Source of the DNA: Nemertoderma westbladi
Taxonomy: Eukaryota > Animalia > Xenacoelomorpha
DNA length: 64,000 nucleotides
Direction of reading: 5' to 3'
Assembly: GCA_032718475.1 (NCBI GenBank)
Contig: JAUCBJ010005111.1
Coordinates: 21,789-85,788, forward strand
Shown here: positions 49,205 to 60,296 of the stretch, one piece after another
Position numbering within the stretch: position 1 is the first letter of the stretch
Layout of the letters: every line of letters starts with the position of its first letter
Position numbers and translations under genes: made by a program
The notes under the pieces: generated by a model
Seen by the model: only the letters and a program-made list of their open reading frames with translations
Told to the model about the DNA's origin: nothing
Database searches by the model: none

Positions 49205-51514
49205 GTGACTAGCCGATCTCTGAAGGAGAATGGTTACATGTTTTACGATAATGAAGGAGGAAGCCACCAGCAAAGCCTCACTTCGAAGACTATACAGATT
49301 AGAGCACCAGATGGCGTGTTACATGTCTTCAGCCGACAAAGAAGCGATAGAAAGATGCCTATGCCGGAAGGAACGACGCAAAGACACGCGATGATAAAAC
49401 GGATAGTTAAATCCGTGGACCTGGCTTGTAGCATAGAAGCTAGGATGTTGCCAAAGGCCGTGCGAGACATTGTGTTAGACAAAAGCATCGTCAAGATCGG
49501 ATCCGGTGTACGGGATGACCTTATTAGCGACTTTGCAGGGATGCCCACAGAAGAGGATCGATTGCCTACGCCGTATGTGGATACTAGACCATTGTTGCTT
49601 TGGGCTATCGAGCAAGGATACTTTAGGGAGTATAACACGCTAAAAACTGGGACGGGTTATATCTCATATCTAATGTTCAGTTGGGATTATAAGGAGAGTA
49701 AGAGGAGCAAATACACGGACGTATACGGAGAGGGAGACACTCCCGACGTAAATGAGTTCGAGTCACAGCTAAAGTGGCGAGGTTGCGTGTACTGGGCGAT
49801 TACTTCACCTCCGCGAATAATCTTACAATACTACTTGGCGATAGAATCTTCGGTCAACGTCTGCTTCATCGCCGATGTTATGTCTAGGACTTTAAAGCGA
49901 CATCCGTTATGTCTCGGTGAAGGACATACCTTTTACGACAGAGGAAGGACGCATACTGATGTATTCCGACGATTTCTCCAACCCTTTTATAACACCGATG
50001 CGCACTGCGAAGTTTTCACGCGAGCGGGACTTAGCGTTTTCAGGGACGTCTATCTCACTCACTCGGGAAGCCTAGTCGACAGACCATCAATGTTAACGTT
50101 AGTACCCTATGACGGGGAACGCCACGCGGAATTCAAAGGCCCGGAAGGATCCTGGAAGGCTTGCGAGCCTACCGCCCATCACGACGATGTGGATCCGACC
50201 GAGTTGGCGCTAATAGACGAACCGTTGCGGCAACTCATAGAAATAGAGGAGAATCTTCAGAGGAAGACGCGAACTGAGATACGCGAGTTGGAGAAAAGCG
50301 AGGCCATGGTTTGTGTACAACCCACGGAGACGAACATACCGACTGACCCGGATGATGAGAATTATCACGTGGACGGTAGCACTCGCCCCATCGGAGATCT
50401 TATCTATGAGCGAGTTTGGTACCCTGCCAACACTATTTGTGGCAGATGCGGGGCAACTGGCCACCACGCAAAGAAATGCGGAGCGAAACACATATCTCTA
50501 CCGGACTTGGTATGCAACTGGTGCGGGGATCAGCGTTCGCACACTTTCTACACTTGCTGGCGTTTCGTGGCGCAGTGCACATATTGCAATATTAAAGGCC
50601 ATAGGGCGTCCGAATGTCAACTTAGAGACGTTCCCTATGAGCATATGTCAGTTAAAATCGTTCGACAGCTATTCGACCATTGGGAGAATCTAGCAGACGA
50701 GCATGTATCAACGCAGCGACGCCGTTTCCCTATGAGAGCACACTTAGGATTTTGGGCCGTAAACCCTCTCATAATGTCGAAGGAAGGATACGTGTCGGCT
50801 ATGCCTCAGTACGACGAACTTCTGGAAGTGCTGGATATATTGCCACTGGATAGCGGATTTAAAGTTGTGCGGGACTACTTTCTACAGGTACACCCCGACA
50901 ACAAGAATACTTGGAACTTTCAAACTGTGGTGAACAAGATTACCGCCGGGGAATTCGACAAATTGCGAGTTGAACAGCGGAATCGAGGAGCCTGGCATTC
51001 GATAGCTTGGGCATACAGGAGCGCATTTTATCACAAACGCGTAACCTCGTGCATTCTAGACGAGACCGACGTTTTGCGTGAGATTGGCTTCAAGGCCACG
51101 CCGTTAGCTGAAAAGACGCGTCACCCACAGGATGATCCGCAACTTCGTATACTTAGAGCCCAAAAGGCCGGACAAGAGATAAAGAAAGTAGTAAATGTCG
51201 CCGAGAGGACGACATCGAAGTCGCAAATCCGGATGAGTCGGGGCACGGTTTCCCTTGCTAGAGAACCACGCGGAGGGACAGGATACGCTTTGCCGGAACC
51301 CATTAGGAATCAAACGACGTCAGAGAGCGAGGTGTCAATGGACGGAACGGTCCTACCCTTTCGACTTCCTCCCAGCGTTGTAGAAACTCGATCCGATGTT
51401 AAGCCGACAGTTGGAATCGGACGAGGATTTAGAGGACTGAGCGCACGACGGATGTGCGAGACTCCCGTCGTCCCCTTTCCTAGCGTTTTGGAACCACCGA
51501 CAACTCGACACTGA
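49205..51514 (+). CDS. E3 accessory ORF3: DEDDy-type 3'-5' exonuclease + three CCHC zinc knuckles
   Basis: FYDNEG; IQIRAPDG; LPKAVRDIVLDKSIVKIGSGVRDD; YVDT; QYYLAIE; CGRCGATGHHAKKC, CNWCGDQRSHTFYTC, CTYCNIKGHRASEC. Confidence 0.85.
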   Translation: MTSRSLKENGYMFYDNEGGSHQQSLTSKTIQIRAPDGVLHVFSRQRSDRKMPMPEGTTQRHAMIKRIVKSVDLACSIEARMLPKAVRDIVLDKSIVKIGSGVRDDLISDFAGMPTEEDRLPTPYVDTRPLLLWAIEQGYFREYNTLKTGTGYISYLMFSWDYKESKRSKYTDVYGEGDTPDVNEFESQLKWRGCVYWAITSPPRIILQYYLAIESSVNVCFIADVMSRTLKRHPLCLGEGHTFYDRGRTHTDVFRRFLQPFYNTDAHCEVFTRAGLSVFRDVYLTHSGSLVDRPSMLTLVPYDGERHAEFKGPEGSWKACEPTAHHDDVDPTELALIDEPLRQLIEIEENLQRKTRTEIRELEKSEAMVCVQPTETNIPTDPDDENYHVDGSTRPIGDLIYERVWYPANTICGRCGATGHHAKKCGAKHISLPDLVCNWCGDQRSHTFYTCWRFVAQCTYCNIKGHRASECQLRDVPYEHMSVKIVRQLFDHWENLADEHVSTQRRRFPMRAHLGFWAVNPLIMSKEGYVSAMPQYDELLEVLDILPLDSGFKVVRDYFLQVHPDNKNTWNFQTVVNKITAGEFDKLRVEQRNRGAWHSIAWAYRSAFYHKRVTSCILDETDVLREIGFKATPLAEKTRHPQDDPQLRILRAQKAGQEIKKVVNVAERTTSKSQIRMSRGTVSLAREPRGGTGYALPEPIRNQTTSESEVSMDGTVLPFRLPPSVVETRSDVKPTVGIGRGFRGLSARRMCETPVVPFPSVLEPPTTRH

Positions 51515-52155
51515 AGTCCGAGTCCTGTTCGATCTCGACCACCACCCAGTCGTACTAGAGGACGTGGACGAGCCCGCTCGGCCAAGGAATAGGAAAGCGA
51601 AAGAAAGGAAGGCTTGCGAGGCTACCGATTTGGATGTTTGTATTGGACATTTGTGTTTGGGATATTATATTTGGGATTTATATTGGGATTTATATATTGG
51701 GATTTATATATTGGGATACTATATCGAACGTTGAGTTTGGAGGAGCGAGATAGAGAAGGAAGGCTTGCGAGCCTACCGTTAGCAATTAGTGCTCAGGAGA
51801 AGACATCCAGACCAGCAGGACGAACTTTTCAGATCGTCAGGAGGACACTTTAAGACTTATTTGAAAGATTTTAGCGCATTATGTTTATTTTATATTTGGA
51901 CTGATTTAATTTGGTGGAAGTTTATTATGTATATTTACAATATAAAGATTTATTGAAAGATTGAAATTATTTGTTTGATTTGTTCTAATTTGTATGATGG
52001 ATTGTATTTACGCCGTACCTGCAATATTAAGTATGCAATAATTAGATAGTGATTATTTTATATTTTAGGCCCTACCAGTAGATTTAGAAGTATTTGTAAA
52101 TAGTTTTGTATTTCGATTGGTGAAAACAGTCTTACTTACTGTTTTCATGGAGCGG

Positions 52156-54908
52156 TGATGAATTATTTCACTATAAGATAGCATTTGTAGTTTAACTTTA
52201 ACGTAAAAACTTTCGAAAATCCGACGCATTTTGATTATGTTACAGTAATGTAATATGCCTACTCATATCAGTACACATAAAACCCCTGGTTAATCTCGTG
52301 GCGTAGTGGTCAGATGGTTAAGGCGTTGGTTGCATTACATAGGTTACGAGTTCGAATCCCAGTCGGGAAATTTGCATTTTGGGGCAATTTATTTTCATTT
52401 CATACAATTTGACAAACCAATGAGGTGCGTACAACACATGGAACGATGAGTTGGGCCAATCATAGGGCATGGAATATCTTATTGCTCCAATGTGAGGCCA
52501 TGGAATACTCTAGAAAGTTCTACTAGATTCTATGTCCCAGATTTAGTATATAAAGGGCTGGTTTGCCTTCGGTTATCACTTATCTCTTCACTTGTAAAAC
52601 TTCTTCTGTACCCTTATCTCTTGCATTAGTGCTTCACTCTCTTGCTTAGTTATTTGTTTCTTGTTGAAACTATGTTAATCTGTTTGATAATTCTTTGCTA
52701 AACTGTAAATACATTTGTAAACTTCTGAACATGTTTTTCTGCATTTGTCCAACTTTGGGACAGCAAAGCATCAGGAAGATGGCCGCCTAGACCGTTAGGC
52801 CGTCAGCAACGCAGGGAAAGGATGTCCACAACACGCTAGCGCCCACATTAGCTTAGACCGCGCACCCCTTCGCCCTTCGAAATGCTCCACTTGCCATGCA
52901 GCGCCCGCTTTATGAGGAAGGTAAGACTTTGTTTGACGCCCTTGCCCGACGTAAGACCTATAGATCAGGGTAAGCGTGACGCCGTCCTGGGACGCCGCAA
53001 ATTTAGGATCAAATAACTATATTTTGGCAGAACCCCCCCCCCCCCCCCCCGTCAGTAGTACGAACCCCTGGGTTACCTGTGTACCTCACAGGTGCAAATT
53101 ATTGCCGTTCGTCAGTACGCGAGTACACATTAGGTACGGACAGCATATGTTCCATAATTTAGTGATTCGCAGTACTGACCGTTTGGTACCGGTTCGCTTT
53201 GTAGACTATACATTAGTACCCTCTACCTACGCACCTCTACCCTCTACCCCCTCCTGAAGTTAGTTATTTGATCAGGCAAGGAGTATTTCTGCTACCGGCA
53301 CACCGCTTGGCCTAGGGAGGTTTTATTAATATCCTACCGCGCCTTTCCACGTACTGAGGTGGCGGTTTTTTTTTTTTTGAGGTGGCGGTTTTTTTAACAT
53401 TTAACATTTATTTATTTCTTTCATAATACATCAATACATCAACATTTATAATAACTTTATAATTACTATAAATTTATACTATATTATTAATATCAGATAA
53501 ATAATATTATTGTTGCAACTGCATCCGAGCAATAGCATTGCTAGTGTAGCTCGAGTGCTTAGCTGCTTGAAGTATTATGGAGGGAGAGGGGGGACTGATA
53601 GGTATTGCTGCTAACTACCGCAGCAACAAAGTTCTAGAATCAAATTTGTATACCAGATCAGCTAACGTACGGTAGCGATTAACCCCTATTTCTTGTCTTA
53701 CAACCAGCATCTGGTATTTGTGCCGATCACAGGTGTAGTTACTAACACCGTGGTTGCCCAGTTGAGTTGTGGATAGGAAGGAGAGAGCTTTGACGTCATT
53801 TGTAAGTATAAAGTTCTACAAAACGCGACTAGCTTATTTTAGTAGCTAGCGCACGGTATCGTTTTGGTCAGAGAATTACTAAAACCTAGTAAATGATATA
53901 CACCAAAATTGTTTTATTGTAACACACCCACGCACACACGCCCTAAAACATATTTACCCTTAGAGTTCCTACTAGATAGCGCAATTTAGATTTTAGGCAG
54001 AATTTATCTGTATTTGTAAAATAGGATCAGATATTTAGTTACGGCAAAGGAGTATTTCATTTTCGTTATTAAACTGTTGTTTGCCTAGAGCAGCAGTATT
54101 ATTACATTAGGTCCGACCCTTTTAGACTGATTTCGGACAGGGGGATCAGTTATCGTTACATTTAGGCACGACCTCTTTTAGGCTGATTCAGACCAGACAG
54201 GGGGATCAGTATTGTTACGCTAGGGCTGTAACCCACCTAGCTCGTATATAAACCATATAAATCACACCGCGGCAAGTTACTGTATTTAGGACTGTCAGCG
54301 ATAGTTAGGATTCGCTGCGCGGGGATTGTTTTCCCGTGAGTTTGGTCTGTTACTGTAACTGAACATCTGCCATACCGGTTAGAGGACAGGTATCCTTTTG
54401 TCTAGTTCGTAGGCATTAGACCCACCCACGTACATAGAATAGACACCAGGCTCTGCTCCTCGCCAGTAGTAGTTTGTGTATTGTATCTGTTTGTTTAGAT
54501 ATCCTGGACTGGGATTTGTTGTCAGATACTGTACGAGCCCGTTTCATTACTAGAGTCTTACAGTAAGATACATCGTTACTAGGATCTTGTAAGCGGTATA
54601 CTACTGGACTTTACGGATAGAGATATTCTATAGCTTCGTATTAGTAGATTTGTAGGCTGTAGGGTAGTCCCTACCGTAGAGGACACAACATATACTATGT
54701 TGGACCTAGTGCGTGGTAAGAGCACAGTTCACTTGTGCTGCATACATAGCATCAGTAGATTATAGTTACTAGTTGGGGAATAATATTGCAGTACTATGGA
54801 CGCACACACTCGCACTAAATGAACCGAATCTATTACAGACAGGGAGTAGTCAGCACCCAACCGTGTGGAAAACGAGTTGGTGTGATCTTTGGTCTTGTAT
54901 ATTCATCA
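52156..54908 (+). repeat. E3 3' LTR (about 2.5 kb plus a 236-bp insertion)
   Basis: Starts TGATGAAT after the PPT and ends ATTCATCA. Confidence 0.85.
53358..53593 (-). mobile_element. Short poly(A)-tailed retro-insertion in the E3 3' LTR
   Basis: Absent from the 5' LTR, flanked by ACTGA duplication. Poly-T and TTTATT on plus correspond to AATAAA and an A tail on minus. Confidence 0.7.
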
Positions 54909-55337
54909 ACAAGGTAAAGTAATAATATTAACTATAACAATAAGATTTAATACGCACAGCAAATTAATGATGCAATGCAATAAGCAAGCAAGTAAGATAC
55001 AATGCTTGCAACAAGGTGAAATATCATGGGTCCTTCTAGTTACATGACTCGTAATGGGCTTAAGATGTTATGAGGTTACGCCTGAAAATAATGGGATGAA
55101 CATCGACTATATAAGCACTGTAAGAATAGAACAGCCAATAGTGCGCAAGAACATCCTATAATATGGCAACCAATAGGAGCTTTAGGATTACGGCAACCGA
55201 TGCCGGGCAACGGACAAACAATCTTACCAGTGATATACAACATGGATTTGAGACGAATATTATGCGCACAGAAGTTGAATAGTTCTCTGATAAAAATATA
55301 AGATTTCGATATGCAGTTAGCGTGTCCAGCAAAAGTA

Positions 55338-55689
55338 CCCATCATATCCATGTCGGGGACAACCTGGGGATGTCCCAGGGATATCCTCAAATGTGCCCAA
55401 AGTGGATATTAGCCACCCTCTAGCGATTGCTGGAAAAACTTTCTTTTGGAACATCTGGGGATATTCCGCGGATATCCCCATGGGAATATCCCCCAATTAA
55501 ATCGTCCATTTACGAATTCCGGGTATATCCCCAAATAATGGACAAGCTGGGGATATCGTGCAATGTAAAAACTCAAATTCGGAGGGATTTCCTGGGACAT
55601 CCCCGGGATATCCACAATTGAATTACACATGGACATCCCGGACCCGGGGCGGCGCCAGGGATGATACCCACAATGCTACAGTATCTGGG
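55338..55689. mobile_element. Small non-autonomous TIR element with GGATATCC/GGATGTCC subterminal repeats
   Basis: TA|CCCA...TGGG|TA ends with many short palindromic repeats inside. Confidence 0.55.
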
Positions 55690-56305
55690 TAGTGGAAGAA
55701 AATACATGTAACATTTGAATGCCGACCCAAACTCAGATAGTTTTACATTCGGAATCCTTGTACAGCAAGCTTTTCATTTCACTGCTACCAACAAATTACT
55801 ATCAGGTTGAAGAGAATAACTGCAGTACGAATGATGGTACAGCCAATATCGACGCCGACGGAGACACATTGTTTTAAACCACTTCATGTATTGTTATGTA
55901 TTATTCAAGGGCTTAATTACTCATGTAACTAATTATAACCGTGCAACCTTGAGTTACAACTCCTGAAATTTTCATCTGTAAACTGCTTCACATTTTTAGG
56001 TCGAAACTCGGAAACTGGTTTTTTTATTACTGTATTAGAAGACGGAAATACAGAACAACAGCAGCTCTCACACTCAGAGTGGGATGTCAACGCCGAATCC
56101 AACACACTAACGTACACTGGCTGACTGGTAGGCCTACATGCTGCCGCTACTATAAGCAATTTATAACCAACAAACCAATAACTGAATAAACTTACCGGTA
56201 CTTTTATTACCGCAACTGAAGTAGGGCACGGTAGCTTGGCTCCTATAGTGCTAGCGCTAGGATTGATTATCGGTACAGCCCTGGGCTGGGCCCGCGCTCT
56301 GTATC

Positions 56306-57121
56306 ATGTCTAACGCCGGTAACGATAAAAAACTATCGCAAGTAGCCTCAAATACACCGATAAATAAACTTGTTAACATTAACAGCAGTTTAACAAAGGG
56401 TTCCGCATTTAGAAGATGCGCTAGTTGCCTCCTCACTGACACCGCTGGTACATCAGCGGGTTCCAGCAATGTCTCCAACAAAAGATCACGCAACCAAAGT
56501 CCTAACAGACAAGGCATACCGGTAACCTATAAACCGATACCTAGTTGCACAGAACGCACACCTTCTCCCGCTATCGGCACGGCGGCTGTCTCCATTCCTC
56601 GCCTAACAACTTCTTCTCAGGAAGACTACCTGAGCTCGAGCTATAACCCGGACCCTAGCCACGCGGACATTCCTGCCTCTCCGGTTACGGGCCTCCGGTT
56701 ACTTCCTGCTCTTCCATCGCCTCTCCCGGAATTACCAGAGGCATCCCCCCTCAGTGTGGCCTGCACCTCGCGTCCTCCCATCCCCGTAGTCTGCCTCAGA
56801 TGGTGCGCTGAAGGCCTACGAGTCAGATGGTATATGGCGGCGAAGTGTAGTGATGTGACCCACTACGAGATGTGGTTACACTCAAACTCGAGTTTCTCAG
56901 CCCGTCGTAAGAGCTACCATAAATGGACCCAAATTGCATCCCTCGGCGCCCTTGCGTTGCCTATGGCTTGCACTTTGGTGTATGACTTCGACGTGAAGAC
57001 ATTTTATTATATTATTATTAGAGGTGTGACTGGGGACAACATTGAAGGACCATTTTCTCATCCTGTATGTAGCGGTGAGGCTTTTAAGCCTTGCTTAGGG
57101 TTAGGGGAATACTGCCCATAA
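56306..57121 (+). CDS. Intronless ORF: Ser/Pro-rich region + ATF7IP/MCAF1/Windei-type C-terminal fibronectin III domain
   Basis: GLRVRW...VTHYEMW...WTQIASLGALALPMACTL...YYIIIRG....EGPFSHP fits the ATF7IP FN3 signature W.KIG.V.ALPLPMACTL...YYF.VR.....GPF..P. Confidence 0.8.
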   Translation: MSNAGNDKKLSQVASNTPINKLVNINSSLTKGSAFRRCASCLLTDTAGTSAGSSNVSNKRSRNQSPNRQGIPVTYKPIPSCTERTPSPAIGTAAVSIPRLTTSSQEDYLSSSYNPDPSHADIPASPVTGLRLLPALPSPLPELPEASPLSVACTSRPPIPVVCLRWCAEGLRVRWYMAAKCSDVTHYEMWLHSNSSFSARRKSYHKWTQIASLGALALPMACTLVYDFDVKTFYYIIIRGVTGDNIEGPFSHPVCSGEAFKPCLGLGEYCP

Positions 57122-57586
57122 AAAATTACGATGTTTTTCACTCAGTTGGTTTTATGTAAAGTATCATTATAGATTGCTAAATGCTTTATGTGATGACAAA
57201 AGTATTGTTTAATATTTACTTATATTATATTATATATTTTGACTCATATTCATTAGGAATTAATACATCTCCAGTGGTTGGTATAGTTATTGCCGGAGGC
57301 CTAATTGTTTCACTGGTAATGCAGTTCAGTGACATATAACAGGTAAAGTTATCTGGCTTCTCTCTTTTGTCTTTTATCTTATGTATTATATTTTTGGTAA
57401 AGCGACTCTATAGTATCCCGAACATAACCCAATTTACTGTAATTTTCTGGTACATTACAAGAATGCCTGCCTAATTAAAGGGCAATACAACAATATGAAT
57501 TTTTACACACACTTTCACACGCAACAATAACTTACACTTTATGGTGTGAAAGGATATTCTTAAGTGTATTTATCGACTGAATTGAA

Positions 57587-57748
57587 CTGAATGGGCTTTC
57601 CAGTATTTTGAAGTCCCATAGAATAAAACAGAACCTCAAGGTTCGACTATTTAGAGCAGCAGTAGAACCAGTACTCTTATATGAGAGTCCATGTTGGGCT
57701 CTAACTGCAGAGGATACCAAATCTCTGGATGGCACTTATATAGGGATG
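57587..57748 (+). pseudogene. RTE-like LINE post-RT fragment
   Basis: Translates LNGLSSILKSHRIKQNLKVRLFRAAVEPVLLYESPCWALTAEDTKSLDGTYIGM, the segment that normally follows the YLGS motif. Confidence 0.8.
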
Positions 57749-60014
57749 TGAGTCAGGAAATGTAAGTTTCAAGTTGTAAATTTAATTATTTCTATGTTTT
57801 ATATTAAACGCAATTTCAGAAATTAATACATTTTCTATTTTAACTCTTTGACAATTTAATAGATCCTGCTATTTTGCCAGTTTAAGCACATTCTGAAAAC
57901 ACAAGTAGAGTAAACACAAGGAACAAGTGATTACTGCGTAGTTGGGTTGAGGTTGTTCGTTGTTCTGGCTCTTGTGGTCGTAACTTCGGGTGAAGTATAC
58001 GTCGTGCAATGTATTTCTTGAGACGCATCTTAGAGGACTCTGGCCTTGAAGATGCAGATAATCTCGCGAAAGTCAAGGGGATAGGGATTTGTGACGGCTT
58101 ATATTGTCGATAATTTTGCCGGCATTGTATTCTTAATGCAGGAAAAATTTCATTCCGAGATAATTGCCTTCAAAGTTCAAACCTTCCCGCGCAAAACTAC
58201 CTGTATGGGGTCTGGTTGGTTAATAGTGCTGAAAGGAAGCACACCACCGAGCTAAAATTATATTTACTGGGGTTTTCGGGGTCGCTGATTTCATTTCCGA
58301 TGTCAGTTTTAATATTTGGTGGCATCTAGTCTGTCCGTCGGTCAGTTGTCTGTCTGTCTTAAATTTTGACAGACAAATATCAATGGGATCTTTCTTAGCG
58401 GTTTTCAGATTTTTGAAATCCCCATTAAATTATTCTCTGGATGCAATAAAAAACAAATTTATGAAATTTTTTCCGATGGGACCCCCCCCCCCCCCCCTTA
58501 ACAGGAATTTTACAGTGACATTGTCAGTATTACATTATATGCAAGGCTTCTTGTACTGTAGGTTCCGTAAATTATAATAATTAATTATTAATTTATTTGG
58601 GCAGTGACGCGTTTCTATAATTTGACGCGCTACTAATTAGTTTTTACCAAAAATAACCTACATTTAATTAGGTTTTTAGGACTTCATTTGATGGCCAGAA
58701 TTTTCAGCTATAACCCGATCAGTTGACATCAATCCAATCGTACTCGTGCGTGGGGCCTTCTCGCAGCACGAGACTGCATACATACCAAGTTTGGATTAAT
58801 TTCACAAATGAATGACTGACTTATTTAGGTTTTTATCAAAAGTCTTAAACTACCAGAGTACCGACTGACAGACTGTTTGATTTTTGACCAATCTTCAGAT
58901 TCAGTCTAAACTTTTTACTAAGTACATACGTAGGCCTACTGTACCAAGTCTGGTTTAATTTCATCAAAGAATGAGTGAGTTATTAGTGATCGAAAATTAG
59001 ACGACGACGTCGACACAGACAACTCGTTAATGGTACCCATATGCCACGGCATCGCTCACTTCGTGGCTCGCCCCACATATTGAATGAGCAATTGCCAAGT
59101 TGGTCTGCGTTACGGACTTACTCTCTAAAAGAGAAAAAATCAATTATAAAAATCTAAATTAAATAAATATAGGGTGAGTCCCTAACACATAATAGACCGT
59201 AACGCCATTTTACTCAGTTTGAGCTACAGTACTTTCCTTTAAAAGGTACCTTAAATGTATAATTTCGAAATTAAATATTCGCGAAATTAATTTGATATGT
59301 TAAAATAGGCTAAAACGACACCTCAATTGGTAATATGCGTTCCGTAGACAGTCAGTCACTCTCTCTAATTTTAAGGGTCTTCTTCTCGTGGCTATTATTA
59401 CCGTAGGCCCTACTGTTATTTCGTGGCTATTATTACCAGTGCCATGATCGGACAGTTGGGTCATGACCTACTATACTGTAGATATCTATAGTAGGTCATG
59501 GTTGGGTCAACCACATTTGCGCCAAATTTAACCCAATCGTCGTGATCAGACAGTTGGGCCAACCACCCGGTGGCGTATACCGTTACCGGACTGTACTTGT
59601 GTGATAGTAGAAAGATACGTTCGTGGGGGCGTCGCGCAGCACGCCCACTTAAGCAAGTTCGAAACAAATTTGATTTGATCTGGAGTCAAAAGTTCGAGAG
59701 GTATTTGCCCGTAAATCTCAAAAATATTGGAACTTTTTCTCTAGTATGCCCATACAAATTTTGTTGAAAATGGTTAAAATCTTCAAAAGTTATTCACGAA
59801 TGAATTTTTCATTACAGACGGACATGAAATTTCGCCCTATTTACTAATTATAATTGTACGCTAAGGCTCGCCCTGACTGCGTGGCTCGCCCCACAATTCT
59901 CTACTTTTTTTAGAATGGAATATAGGTGTGGAATAGAAGAATATAGATATGGGTGTGGAATATAGTCATTGAATTAAAAAATGTAGGCCTAATTCACTTC
60001 GTATAGATTTATGA

Positions 60015-60296
60015 AATCAGCCGGTCCTTTTCCCAGTGTGCTAAAAAAGTAATGTAAATTTTCTTCGGCCGTTAGGCCAGGGATAGTGCACAGTGCGGTC
60101 CCCTCAGAACTTTACTCCCCAGAGGAAACTCCAGTACTCATTTAGCTACCACTTAAGGATGCAAGGCAGAGATGCGCCCTGGCTGGTCCCTTTAAAGCAT
60201 TCGTGCCGAAACGAAAACTGCCCTGGCCCATGTGAGGATCGAACCCACGACCTACGGGAGATGTGAATTCAATGCAACCACTACACCAAGGTGGAA
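60015..60296 (-). mobile_element. tRNA-derived SINE
   Basis: Minus-strand A box TGGTGTAGTGG, B box GGTTCGATCC, central CTGCCTTGCATCCTT...AAATGAGTAC core. Second copy at 62650-62805. Confidence 0.75.

Larger units (their letters stand above)
37332..54908 (+). mobile_element. BEL/Pao LTR retrotransposon E3 with very long LTRs and accessory ORF3
   Basis: Direct repeats 37332-39385 and 52156-54908 (termini TGATGAAT...ATTCATCA), PPT TGGAGCGG 52148-52155, complete gag-pol domain set. No TSD seen. Confidence 0.93.

Noticed and set aside
47830-51514. env gene in the ORF3 position
   Set aside because: No signal peptide or convincing transmembrane anchor; motifs fit an exonuclease and zinc knuckles.
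57870-59900. Possible Helitron/Helentron-like repeats ending GGCTCGCCCCAC (59065, 59883)
   Set aside because: A repeated terminal-looking motif is visible, but boundaries and class cannot be supported from this window.
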